NCBI RefSeq assembly: GCF_006345805.1
Contig: NC_043000.1
Coordinates: 110,112,001-110,176,000 of the forward strand
Direction: 5' to 3'
DNA: 64,000 bases
Source: Octopus sinensis
Taxonomy: Eukaryota
A model generated the notes under the pieces. That model had not been told where the DNA came from and did no database searches. It was given only the letters and a program-made list of their open reading frames with translations. The translations under genes and the position numbers were made by a program. The first letter of the stretch is position 1, and each line of letters starts with the position of its first letter. This document shows, piece by piece, positions 26,135 to 37,310 of this stretch.

Positions 26135-26330
26135 ATCTGTTTACTACCCACAAGGGGCTAAATACAGAGGGGACAAACAAAGGGATTAGGCCGATTAAAT
26201 CGATCCCAATGCGTAACTGGTACTTAATTTATCGACCCCGAAAGGATGAAAGGCAAAGTCGACCTCGGCAGAATTTGAACTCGGAACATATTTGCCCGGC
26301 GTGCTAACGTTTCTGCCAGCTCGCCGCCTT
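26135..26330 (-). mobile_element. Family B SINE, well preserved
   Basis: GAAAGGATGAAAGGCAAAGTCGACCTCGGCAGAATTTGAACTC on plus; head at the right end. Confidence 0.85.
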
Positions 26331-27427
26331 TACATATATATATATGTATATCATCATCATCATCATCGTTTAACATCTGTTTTCCATGCTGGCATAGGTT
26401 GGATGGTTCGACTGGGGTCTGGAAAGCTGGGAGGCTGCACCAGTCTGATCTGGCAATGTTTCTACACTCCGAGAGTGTCGTGGGTGCTTTTTACGTGCCA
26501 CCGGCACAGGGACCACTACTACAATTTCCATTTGATTGTGAGATATATATTATATATATGTTGCGACAGAGACTATATAAACACAAGATTAACTTCAATG
26601 CATTGCAGTTCAACAATGGCTAAACTGGCTGAAACTTCGAAGTCACTGGCAATAATATTCTTGCTTCAGAATACTAAATTTGTACTCTACAAAAGTATAG
26701 AGCAACCCATCAGATTAATGTGAAACTGTTTTCTTTATTACAACTGAACATAAAAACAAACATCAACAATATGTATGTGTGTGTGCATGTGTATACTTTT
26801 GTCTACAGATCATATGATGGTTGTAAATGAACATCCTTGTCATACAAGTGAGGTTGTTCATTTCCAGTCTTCCTTGAAAAACATGTGTAGCTATGGGAAA
26901 ATATTACCTTGCTTGGCAACAAGGGTTGGTGACAGGAAGAGCATCCAGCTGTAGAAAATCTGCTTCAACAGATTCTGTGACTCATGCAAACTTAGAAGAG
27001 AGGATGTTAAATGATAATGAATGTGTGTGTGTAAAGTGAGAGAGAAAAAGAGAGAGGGGGGTATAAAGGTGTTGCTCTACTTTATGTAGCACATGTTGTG
27101 GGGAAGTAGACAAACAGACAGAGAAACAGACATCAAAGAAGACAAAAGGACAGAGATAACAGAGAGAGGGTGTGTATTGTTGTTGGCCAGTGTGATGTGT
27201 ACAGCAAACAGAGTGGAAGAGGTGATTGTGGGAGGCTTCCCCCAGTGGCATTTATCCACTTTCCCTGCTGCCAAGGGCAAGCAGCTGTGGAGGAGAAGCA
27301 GCAGTAACATCTCTAGGAAGGGACCCTCTTGAAGACTTCCTTTTGTCAACAATGACAAAAATTATAATGGCCTTCACAGTAGTAATTAGAAATTCCACTC
27401 TCCCTCTCTCTCCACACACACAGACAA

Positions 27428-27468
<41 letters not shown>

Positions 27469-27659
27469 AACAAGTATATATACCAAATATATAGGTTTTT
27501 ATTATTATTTTGCAATTTACTTAATCATTGGTATATTATTGTTGTTTTAATTTTAATATTTCTATTATATGTAATTTTCTAGATGGTGTAATTTAACTGT
27601 TCATTTTGAATTGATAAAAGGTGATTTTTTCTAATTTATATATATATATAATATATATA

Positions 27660-27690
<31 letters not shown>

Positions 27691-27773
27691 ATATTATATT
27701 TTGTGAAATTTGATTTAGTATTTCTAAATTGAATTTTTCCCTGTAAGTTAGGAATAATATTCCGTCAAATAAT

Positions 27774-27807
<34 letters not shown>

Positions 27808-27864
27808 CAATGATAAATCTCAGAGCGAGTTATAAACAGTAGCGGCAACACATTGTGACGTATC

Positions 27865-28138
27865 TTTGCCATTTGAATATGGCTAACCCCTAAGGGTGGA
27901 TGCTACTGTAGTTTGTAGCCCCAGGAAGACACCTTCTCCAGCTGGCTATAGACACACTTTCTGTGCCCTATCAGTATTTGTGAAGGGAAGACGGGAAGAT
28001 GGGGAAGGATGATTTCCCTTCACAAATACTGATAGGGCACAGAAAGTGTGTCTATAGCCAGCTGGAGGAGGTGTCTTCCTGGGGCTACAAACTACAATAG
28101 CATCCACCCTTAGGGGTTAGCCATATTCAAATGGCAAA
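27865..28138. repeat. Fold-back element: 125-bp arms, 24-nt purine-rich loop
   Basis: 27865-27989 is an almost perfect reverse complement of 28014-28138. Confidence 0.9.
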
Positions 28139-28204
28139 TATAGGTCACGATATATATATATACATATGGGTGTATCTGCATTTCTCTGTCTAGCATTTGA
28201 CTAC

Positions 28205-28578
28205 TTGCATGGTTGTGTGGTAAGAAGCTTGCTACATAGGTCTGGGTTCAGTCCCACTGCGTGGAACCTTGGGCAAGTGTCTTCTACTCTAGCCTCAGGC
28301 CAATCAAAGCCTTGTGAATGGATTTGGTAGATGGAAACTGAAAGAAGCCTGTTGCATATATACATATATGTGTATATGTTTGTGTTTGTTCCCCCACCAT
28401 CGCCTGACAACTGATGTTGGTGTGTTTATGTCCCCGTAACTTAGCAGTTTGACAAAAGAGACCGATAGGATAAGTGCTAGGTTTACAAAGAATAAGTTCT
28501 GGGGTCGATTAGTTTGACTAAAAAGCAGTGCTCCAACATGGCCACAATCATATGACTAAAACGAGTAAAAGAATGAAA
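28205..28578 (+). mobile_element. CORE-type SINE (OR-like), full length
   Basis: Head GGTTGTGTGGTAAGAAGC, GGGTTCAGTCCCACTGCG, CCTTGGGCAAGT, tail TGACTAAAACGAGTAAAAGA. Confidence 0.85.
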
Positions 28579-28589
28579 GAATATATATC

Positions 28590-29415
28590 TTTTACTTGTT
28601 TCAGTCATTTGACCATGGCCAGGGTGGAGCACTGTCTTGAAAGGTTTTAGCTGAATAAATCAGCGGCAGGACTTATTTTTTAAAAGTCTGATACTTTATC
28701 AGTCTATCTTGCCAAACCACTAAGTTACATGGACATAAGCACACCAACATCGTTTGTCAAAATGTGGTGGGGAGACAAACACAGACACAAATACACACAC
28801 ACACATACATATCATCATCATCATCGTTTAGCGTCCGCTTTCCATGCTAGCATGGGTTGGACAGTTCAACTGGGGTCTGGGAAGCCAGAAGGCTGCACCA
28901 GGCCCAGTTTGATCTGGCAATGCTTCTACAGCTGGATGCCCTTCCTAACGCCAACCACTCCATGAGTGTAGTGGGTGCTTTTTACGTGCCAGACAAGTCT
29001 GGCAAATGGCCATGATCGGATGGATTTTTTTATGTGCCACCGGCACGGGGGCCAGGCGAGGCTGGCAACGGCCACGAACGGATGGTGCTTTTTACATGCC
29101 ACCGGCACGGGGGCCAGGCGAGGCTGGCAACGGCCACGAACAGATGGTGCTTTTTACGTGCCACCAGCACGAGGCTAGTCGGGGCGGCGCTGGCAACGGC
29201 CACGTTCGGATGGTTCTCTTACGTGCCACCGGCACTGGTAACTCAGCTGCAATTTCCATTGATCGATATATATGCATATATACAACGGGCATCTTTCAGT
29301 TTCTGTCTACCAAATCCACTCACAAAGATCTGGTCATCTCAGGGCTATAGTAAAAAACACTTGCCCAAGGTACCATACAGTGAGACTCAATGTGGAAGAA
29401 GGTGGTTGGGAGGCC
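28590..29415 (-). mobile_element. CORE-type SINE split by a nested RTE 3'-UTR insertion (about 28810-29250) with 5 subrepeat units
   Basis: SINE tail 28590-28800 and head 29270-29415 flank an RTE tail inserted at the central microsatellite. Confidence 0.8.
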
Positions 29416-29674
29416 ATGCCTATGTACATATCCAAAGAAAGGCTTTAACCCATCTGAACTGATCAGTAAGAACTGTTTCTGTACCAACTCTGTTTTCAAT
29501 GCCAGTTTATAGAAAAGATCCAAGGTGTGCTCTTAAGACTGTGCCTCTGCCAGGCTTTTTGCTTTATATCAGAAGGAAACAAACAGTAAATGGAAAAGTA
29601 AAGAGACAGTGAGGTGGTGGACAAGGAAAGTAAAGTCTTAATTCCAAAGTAGATAAAAATATGGTTAGGGCATA

Positions 29675-29708
<34 letters not shown>

Positions 29709-30569
29709 TCTTCATCATCGTTTAACGTCCACCTTCCATGCTGGCATGGGTGGGATGGTTTCACAAGAGCTGGCCAGGCTGAAGCCTGCACCAGAATTCT
29801 GTGACTGTTTTGACAGGATCTTTGCAGCTGGATGTCCTTCCTAACACCAACCACTCAGCAGAGTGGACTTGGTGCTTTTTAAGTGGTACAAGTTTTGGCA
29901 AGGTTTTTTTCAGCTGGATGTCCTTCCTAACACCAATCACTTTACAGTGTGGACTGGTTGCTTTTTAAGTGGAACCTGCACTGACAGGGTCACCAAGTAT
30001 CTTGCAAAACAATACAATAAAATTTTAAAATGCATATATATAGACACACACACTCAAAGGTTTTTAGTAGATTGTACCCAAATGATTATGTATTTATAAT
30101 TAGCTTGAGTTTAATAAAGAAATAATAATAATAACAGCAGCGCTTTTTACTAAAGGCACAAGGCCTGAAATTAGGGGAGAAGGGTTAAGTCGATTACATC
30201 GACCCCAGTGCTCAACTGGTTCTTATTTCATTGACCCTGAAAGGATGACAAGGCAAGGTGGACCTCGGCAGAATTTGAACTACTAAGGTCAACTTTGCCT
30301 TTCATCCATAATAATAAATAGTAGTAGTAGTAGTGGTAGTATTATGGGCCCAACAGGAAAAGCACTTGTCGTCAGTCCTCACAATTCCAAGTCACTGTTT
30401 TTGTGTTTAGTAATGTACCCAGTGAGAACCCTTGTGGCAATTAAAGAAATCATCATCATCATCAGTAGCAGCAAATGTTGTCAAAACGACATTATTTTAG
30501 CTGTCAAGGATTAAGCATATGACACACACACACACACACAAACGTGTCAGCGAAGGGGGAGGGGAAGAT

Positions 30570-30603
<34 letters not shown>

Positions 30604-30807
30604 ATAAATGTGTTCATACAAATATACACGCATCTGTCTCTCACGCTTTGTATGTATGCGTGTCTCTCTATATATACACACACATACATAAATACATACA
30701 TAAGCACTCATGTCAATGGATGAGCAATGCAGACATCTACGTTTCTCCTTGTATACAACAGTCACGTCTATATACTTACATATTTACATGCATTTTATGA
30801 GTGTGTT

Positions 30808-30843
<36 letters not shown>

Positions 30844-31022
30844 AAGAGAGGGGGGGCAACGGAGATGGATGTATGCAGACCTATTCACAAGGATGAATGT
30901 TTGCAAAAAATGTGTTTAGGATATTTTGCTGGTGTGTTTATGACAACACACGCATTATATATCTATGTGTCTGAGCAGTCATACACATACAGTGTTTGCG
31001 TGTACACACACACACACACACT

Positions 31023-31171
31023 CTCGAATAACCACATATACACACATACAGATACACACACACACTCGAATAACCACATATACACACACACACACACACT
31101 CGAACAACCACATATACACACATACAGATACATACACACACACTCGAATAACCACATATACACACATACAG

Positions 31172-31180
<9 letters not shown>
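31023..31180. repeat. Minisatellite of 4 units (34-44 bp) beginning CTCGAA(T/C)AACCACATATACACAC
   Basis: Units start at 31023, 31065, 31099 and 31143 within a (CA)/(TA) field. Confidence 0.8.
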
Positions 31181-31236
<56 letters not shown>

Positions 31237-31673
31237 CACACATACAGGTACACACACACACAGACTGTAGTTAGTAAAGAGACAAGAGAAGGTGGAGGAA
31301 TTTCAATGATGGTGAGGTTAGCTGGAGTCAGTGTTACATTGTTACCTTCTCTGTCTGTCTGTCTGTCTGTTTAGTAGCTTGGCTTTCATTTATACAAGAG
31401 AATGTGTATTTGGTAGGGGAGGAGGGCAGGCGGGATGGCAAGGTGCGAGAGAGAGAGAGAGAGAAAGAGAGAGAAGAAAAGGAAATAAAGAAATGAGGAT
31501 GTAACGGTGAGGAGAGAGACTGCTAACTAAAAGTAGTCAACAGTTTTAGTTTGTATTGACAGAAAATAGTAGGTACAAGCAACTGTATACATGTGCCGCC
31601 AATGTCACTAACACATCAAACGGGGTTTGTTTGTTTGTTTTTTTATCAACGGTGATAACACATTCTGGCACAA

Positions 31674-32018
31674 CTGTAACAAGAGATGTTTGTGTTCACA
31701 GCATTATTATTATTACTATTTTTTTTATTGCACGATAATTAGTCTTTGTGAGTGTGTTTAGTAAAATGCAGGTGTATGCATATGCATGCTGTAACAAGAG
31801 ATGTTTGTGTTCACAGCATTATTATTATTACTATTTTTTTTATTGCACGATAATTAGTCTTTGTGAGTGTGTTTAGTAAAATGCAGGTGTATGCATATGC
31901 ATGCTGTAACAAGAGATGTTTGTGTTCACAGCATTATTATTATTACTATTTTTTTTATTGCACGATAATTAGTCTTTGTGAGGGTGTTTAGTAAAATGCA
32001 GGTGTATGTATATGCATG
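31674..32018. repeat. Tandem triplication of a 115-bp unique segment
   Basis: Units start at 31674, 31789 and 31904; I see only two substitutions, both in the third unit. Confidence 0.9.
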
Positions 32019-32191
32019 GACTGTATTTCTCTGTGTGTTTATGTGAGCGTTTGAGTGTGTGTGGTTCTGTGGAAAATGTTTCGATATTTTCAAGTTTGCG
32101 CAGAATGTTTGTGTTATGCAGATGTCTAAACACTTGGTGTGACAGCATTTATGTGAGAATATACATATTCCTATATATGTAATATCTGGAG

Positions 32192-32490
32192 GGTACTAAT
32201 TGAGAACAGTGTGCGCACTCGCGTACTCGCACATCCGTGCTAGCTAGTCATGACTAGTCGATCCTTACTTTGTTTTTGTGTGTTATTTACTTTGTTTAAA
32301 AAATTATTTACTTTGTGTGTTTGTGTTTTATTTACTTCGTGTAACAAAAATTATTTACTTTGTGTAAAGAAATTATTTATTTTGTGTTTTATTTACTTTG
32401 CTAGGTAGTCGTTGTAGGATCGACTAGTCACGACTAGCTAGCGCGGATGCGCGAGTGCGCGCAGCGGGACCATTGTTCTCAAGTAGTACC
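32192..32490. mobile_element. MITE with long imperfect TIRs (Tc1/mariner-like, tentative)
   Basis: GGTACTAATTGAGAACAGTG / CATTGTTCTCAAGTAGTACC; GC-rich inner arms GCTAGCTAGTCATGACTAGTCGATCC and reverse complement; TA on the right flank. Confidence 0.75.
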
Positions 32491-33859
32491 TATTTGTAGA
32501 TGTAATGACAAATTGTAACAGATATATAAAAATGAGAGTGGAAGAGAGAGAGCGGATAAGTATGTATGAGAGAGAGAGTCTTAGCCAGTCCCACATTTTA
32601 AGTACCATAGCGTTAAAGGGCTATGTTAATGAACCTTCTTTCTCTGCCCTTTATCCCCTGTCAAGCTAAATATCCCGAGGATTAGAACAGTGAACAACAA
32701 CAGTTCCCCATCTCTACAAAACCCTTATTTCCTTCAGATTTCTGCACAAAGCCAGCAATTTTAGGAGTAGGGTGGGCGGGTGTCCGGTACTGTATTGTAT
32801 TGACCTTAAAAAGCTGAAAAGCAAAGTTTGCACCTGAGCACTGTATACAATAATTTCATTTCATTATTAACTGCTGCTGAGCAATCTTTCTCAGGTGCTA
32901 ACGATCCTGCTCGCTCTCCCACCTTCACCTCTACAAAAATAGTAAATAATTAAAACTGGAAAATTTCTTGAACCAAGATTTGATTGCAGTATTAATTAGT
33001 TAACTAAAACTCGGAGTCTACTTTGGCAATTTTTTTTTTAAATCCTTGTTTAATCAGCTCTGATTGAGTGGATGCATCAGAATCAGACATCCCAAAGATG
33101 TTGGAGTAGATTTTTAATTATCTTTGAAATTAATTAAAATAAAGGCAGTGAATTTCAAAAGAAATATGGAAAGAGGAAGGTTAACTTCTGGAAATAGATA
33201 AAACAAGAGCACTCAGAGAGTCTGTTGTCCATGCTGGCATGGGTTGGACAGTTTGACCAGGGCTGGTAAGCTGGAAGGCTGCACCAGGCTCCAGTCTAAT
33301 TTGGTATGGTCTTTTATGGCTGGATGCCCTTTCTAATGCCATCCACTCCAAGAGTGTAATGGGTGCTTTTACACACCACTGGCACAGGTGCCATTTGTGT
33401 GACACCATTATCTGCCCATGACTGTGAGTTTGCTTGGCTTGAAGGGTCTTCTTCTCAAGTACGATGTAATACCAAAGGTCTTGGTTGTTGCCTCTGCGAG
33501 GCCCAATGCTCCAAAGGAACTCGGACCACTTTGCCTAGAATTGAATAATCCCTTCCTTGTGAATTTGTGCAGGATTTAAAAATAAACGTCATGATTATGT
33601 GTCTGTAGATTGGGGAATGACAGCTGGGTAGTGGCTTGTGGCCCTGTGGGTCAGGGTAATCCTGGATCTGTGGTGCTCCCTCCTCTATCAAGAGAACTGC
33701 GTCATGTGTCTACGTATTCTGTACACTGTATATGCTTTTATCTTGTTTCCTTCTCTTCTCACCACTTCATCTTTTATGTAAACCGTCCTTGTAATATTTC
33801 TTTCATCCAATGCCCCTGTGACAAATAAAAGTGACCATTATCATCATCATCATCATTAA

Positions 33860-34059
33860 CCCTTTTGATACCAAACTGGCCGAGACCACCCTTGGCTCTG
33901 CAACAGACTTCCTAATTCAAAGTGATCTAAGTTAAAGTTTCACGTTAATGTATTTCAAATATCAGCTCAATAATGACAAACCTATTTATTATATTCTTCA
34001 TCATTTTTGAAACTGAAAGGAAAACAGTGTATTTCGGCCGAAAAATGGTAAGAAAAAGG
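33860..34059. mobile_element. Older piggyBac-like MITE
   Basis: TTAA flanks; CCCTTTTGATACC / GGTAAGAAAAAGG. Confidence 0.65.
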
Positions 34060-34414
34060 TTAAGAGTGATGGACTGGAGCAGCATCAGAGAACTTGATAA
34101 AATGCGTTGTAGTGTTTGTTCTGGCTCTTAAAACAATCTGAGTTCAATTCCAGCCAAGGTCGTCATTCCAGAGTCAATAAAAGACCAATCAATAACGAAG
34201 GTCAATATAATTGACTGTCCTCACCAGCACCACACAGAAAGAAAATATCGAGGCCATGGTGTCAATGATAAAAACCATTATTTATAATTATTAGTGTGTA
34301 GTAAAATGGGAATGGAAACAGTTTGATGTTATTCTTCATTATACACATCATCCTTCTAATGTCCACTTTTCTAGGCCTGGATGCTCTTCCTGTTGCCAAC
34401 ACTTATGTGTTTCA

Positions 34415-34650
34415 AAGTAAGCTGGCAGAATTGTTAGTATGGCAGGCGAAATGCTTAGCAGTTATTTCATCTGTCTTTACATTCTGAGTTCAAATTCCAC
34501 CAAGGTCGACTTTGTCTTTCATCCTTTCGGGGTTGATTAAATAAGTACCAGTTACACACTGGGGTCGATGTAATCGACTTAATCCCTATGTCTGTCCTTG
34601 TTCGTCCCCTCTATGTTTAGCCCCCTCTGGATAATAAAGAAAGAAATATT
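34415..34650 (+). mobile_element. Family B SINE
   Basis: GCTGGCAGAATTGTTAG head, GAGTTCAAATTCC B-box, GTCGACTTTGTCTTTCATCCTTTCGGGG domain. Confidence 0.85.
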
Positions 34651-35073
34651 TCCCTTTGGCCAGACATGTTTTTGCAGAATAGTGGAAATGAGTGCCATTC
34701 ATGTCAACAATCACACATTGTCATGACGAGATATAAAACATACACATGCACATACAAATACAAACACACACACATACACATATAACACTGACCAGACTAT
34801 CAGATGTTGTTATACATCACTGGTCACAATACACTTTGCATCGCTTCAACTTCCAAATGAATCCACCCCAACTGGCCAAGGTTCCTGCTGGTCAGAAGGA
34901 TAGCCCATTGCAAGGTTACCTATTCAAAGCTGAGTGGACTGGAGCAAAATGTTGTGAATTGAAGTGTTTTGCTCAAGAACACAATGCAAGGCCGAGTCTA
35001 AGAATCAAAACCAGGATCGTGAGAACAACACCTCCCACCATTAGCTAATCTCATATCCTGTGTCTCATTAAAT

Positions 35074-35110
<37 letters not shown>

Positions 35111-35486
35111 CAGAGGCCAGACAGAGAAAAGTGGTTCAGGAAAGTTATTTGATACTTCTTTCTCTGTTGACTGGTTTTACAATGTAAAATATAGAGAAGA
35201 GCCACATTTGATATTACTGTAAACACCAAGTCACAGAACAAACAATTGCTCTTCCACTACAAACAACAACAAAAAAAAGGTATCCAGTAAATAAATGTTG
35301 ATACTTATTTTTTTTTAAATAATCCAAATATGTATTGTTTCTAGAAAATAAATACAATATATTCACATTCAATATAAATGTGATAAATTAATTATATATA
35401 TATATATATAATATATGTAGGTCCCGGGTTGATTCGGGGTTAACCACAGTAAATAAGGTACTCAATACATAATAGAGTAAAATTAA

Positions 35487-35609
35487 TTATTATATAGAAG
35501 GAGCTTCTACAGGACTAGAACTGTTTCATTCAAGAGAAATCTTCAGCTCCTGAAGATTTCTCTTGAATGAAACAGTTCTAGTCCTGTAGAAGCTCCTTCT
35601 ATATAATAA
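35487..35609. repeat. Perfect hairpin: 60-bp arms, 3-nt loop
   Basis: 35487-35546 is the reverse complement of 35550-35609; the arm begins CTGAAGA...GAAAC. Confidence 0.9.
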
Positions 35610-36573
35610 ATTATATATAATATATATATATATATGGCAAGACAAAAGTCTGTGAGTTGAGAGAAAGAGTGGAACCAAGGGAAATGGCTGTGAGCGCAGA
35701 GAGAGAGGTTAGACTATAAAAGAGGAACAGTGCCACCTGACTGGCACCTCTGCCAGTGGCACATAAAAAGCACCATCTGAACATGGCTAATGCCAGTGCC
35801 GTCTGACAGGCTCCCGTGCCAGTGGCATGTAAAAAGTACCCACTACACTCTCGGTGTGGTTGGCATTAGGAAAGGCATCCAGCTGTAGAAACCTTGCCAG
35901 TCAGATTGGAGCATGGTGCAGCCTCCCGTCTTACCAGTGTGCCCCTGTCAAACTGTCCAACCTTTGCCAGTATGGAAAACAGACGTCAAACAATGATGAT
36001 GATGAAATATATATATGTATGTGTGTGTGTGTCTATGTGTAAAGGAGCATCAACATCATCACAAGCAGCATTGTTTGTTTCTGATCCAGCCATGGGGAAA
36101 CACCACCTTGCTTGGAAAGAGAGGAGAGTTGGCAACAAACAGGAAGAGCATCCAGCCCTGGAAAATCTACCATAATAAATTCCACCTGACTCATGTAAGC
36201 ATGGCCAAGAGGATTATAAAACAATATAACAATAATGATGAATCTAAACAATAAACTTTTGTTTATAATTATTGCTTTTCCTGTCAGCATCGCATTCCAC
36301 AACTAGCTGCATTGGTGTCTGTCCACCAGAAATAATGTCAACAGTATGGTTTAAGAATTCTCAGAAAGAGCATCTAGCTGCAGGAATCAGGCCAAAATTG
36401 AAACAAATAAGCAAGACGTAGCTTTCAGACCCATCAAAGAGGGCAGTTACTGTGAGTAAACACCACATGGGACAGTAATGATTCATCCACTGCCAGCCAG
36501 GATGGAAAACAAACGTTAAATGGGGAAGTCACAGATGGAATGCCTTTAACCATAGTTCTGCTCAATCAGGGTT

Positions 36574-36917
36574 GCCTTCATCAGGTGTCTTGGGGAAATT
36601 TTGAACCTGGGTTCTCATTCCAAAGGTATTTTTTGATATTATTATTATTATTATTCAGGTCACTGCCTGGAATCAAACTTGGAATCTTGAGGTTAGTAGC
36701 TCGCGCTCTTAACCACTACGCCATATGCACGTAGTAGTTAAGAGTGCAGGCTACTAACCCCAAGAGAGAACCCAGGTTCGAAATTTCCCCAAGACACCTG
36801 ATGAAGGCTGGAGGGTATATCAGCTGAAACGTTGTGTTAACAACAAACAAGATGAGGACAAATATCCGTCAAATGTAAATAATGTAAATAATTCCTCATC
36901 TCTTAAATATAGAACTA
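36574..36917. mobile_element. Head-to-head pair of tRNA-headed, hammerhead-bearing SINE copies
   Basis: Minus copy 36574-36728 keeps the A-box, a B-box-like sequence and (AAT)n but is cut after CTGATGAAGGC; plus copy 36730-36917 lacks the first B-box region but keeps the ribozyme tail. Confidence 0.8.
36793..36838 (+). ncRNA. Minimal type I hammerhead ribozyme motif
   Basis: GACAC-CUGAUGA-A-GGCUG-(10 nt)-CAGCU-GAAA-CG-UU-GUGUU: helix I GACAC/GUGUU, helix II GGCUG/CAGCU, palindromic ACGU helix III, predicted cut after 36833. Confidence 0.7.
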
Positions 36918-37310
36918 ACAATAATAATAGTCCTTTCTACTATAAGCATAAGGCCTGGATTTTGTGGAGAGGGGTACAGTCAAGCACATCAACCCCAGTA
37001 ATCCACTGGTATTTAATTTATCAACTCTGAAAGGATGAAAGAGAAAGTCGACCTCAGAACATTGTGGCAGACGAAATATGGTATTTCACCCGGTGTGCTA
37101 ATGATTCTGCCAGCTCACCACCTTAACAAATAATAACAAGGGTCTCAAATTTTGTCACAAGGGCAGCAGTTTTGGGAGAGGAGATGAGTCGAATACACTG
37201 ACGCCAGTATTTCACTGGTACTTATTTTATAGAGCCCGAAAAGATGAAAGGTAAAGTTGACCTTTGTGGAATTTGAACTCAGAACAATGATAATAATAAA
37301 TGACACAAAC

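Noticed and set aside
28970-29240. CRISPR-like repeat-spacer array
   Set aside because: The spacers are homologous to each other, the context is eukaryotic and there are no cas genes; it is an RTE 3'-UTR tandem repeat
30727-31374. Longest track ORF (215 aa)
   Set aside because: It is translated (CA)/(TA) microsatellite and minisatellite, with no protein-like content
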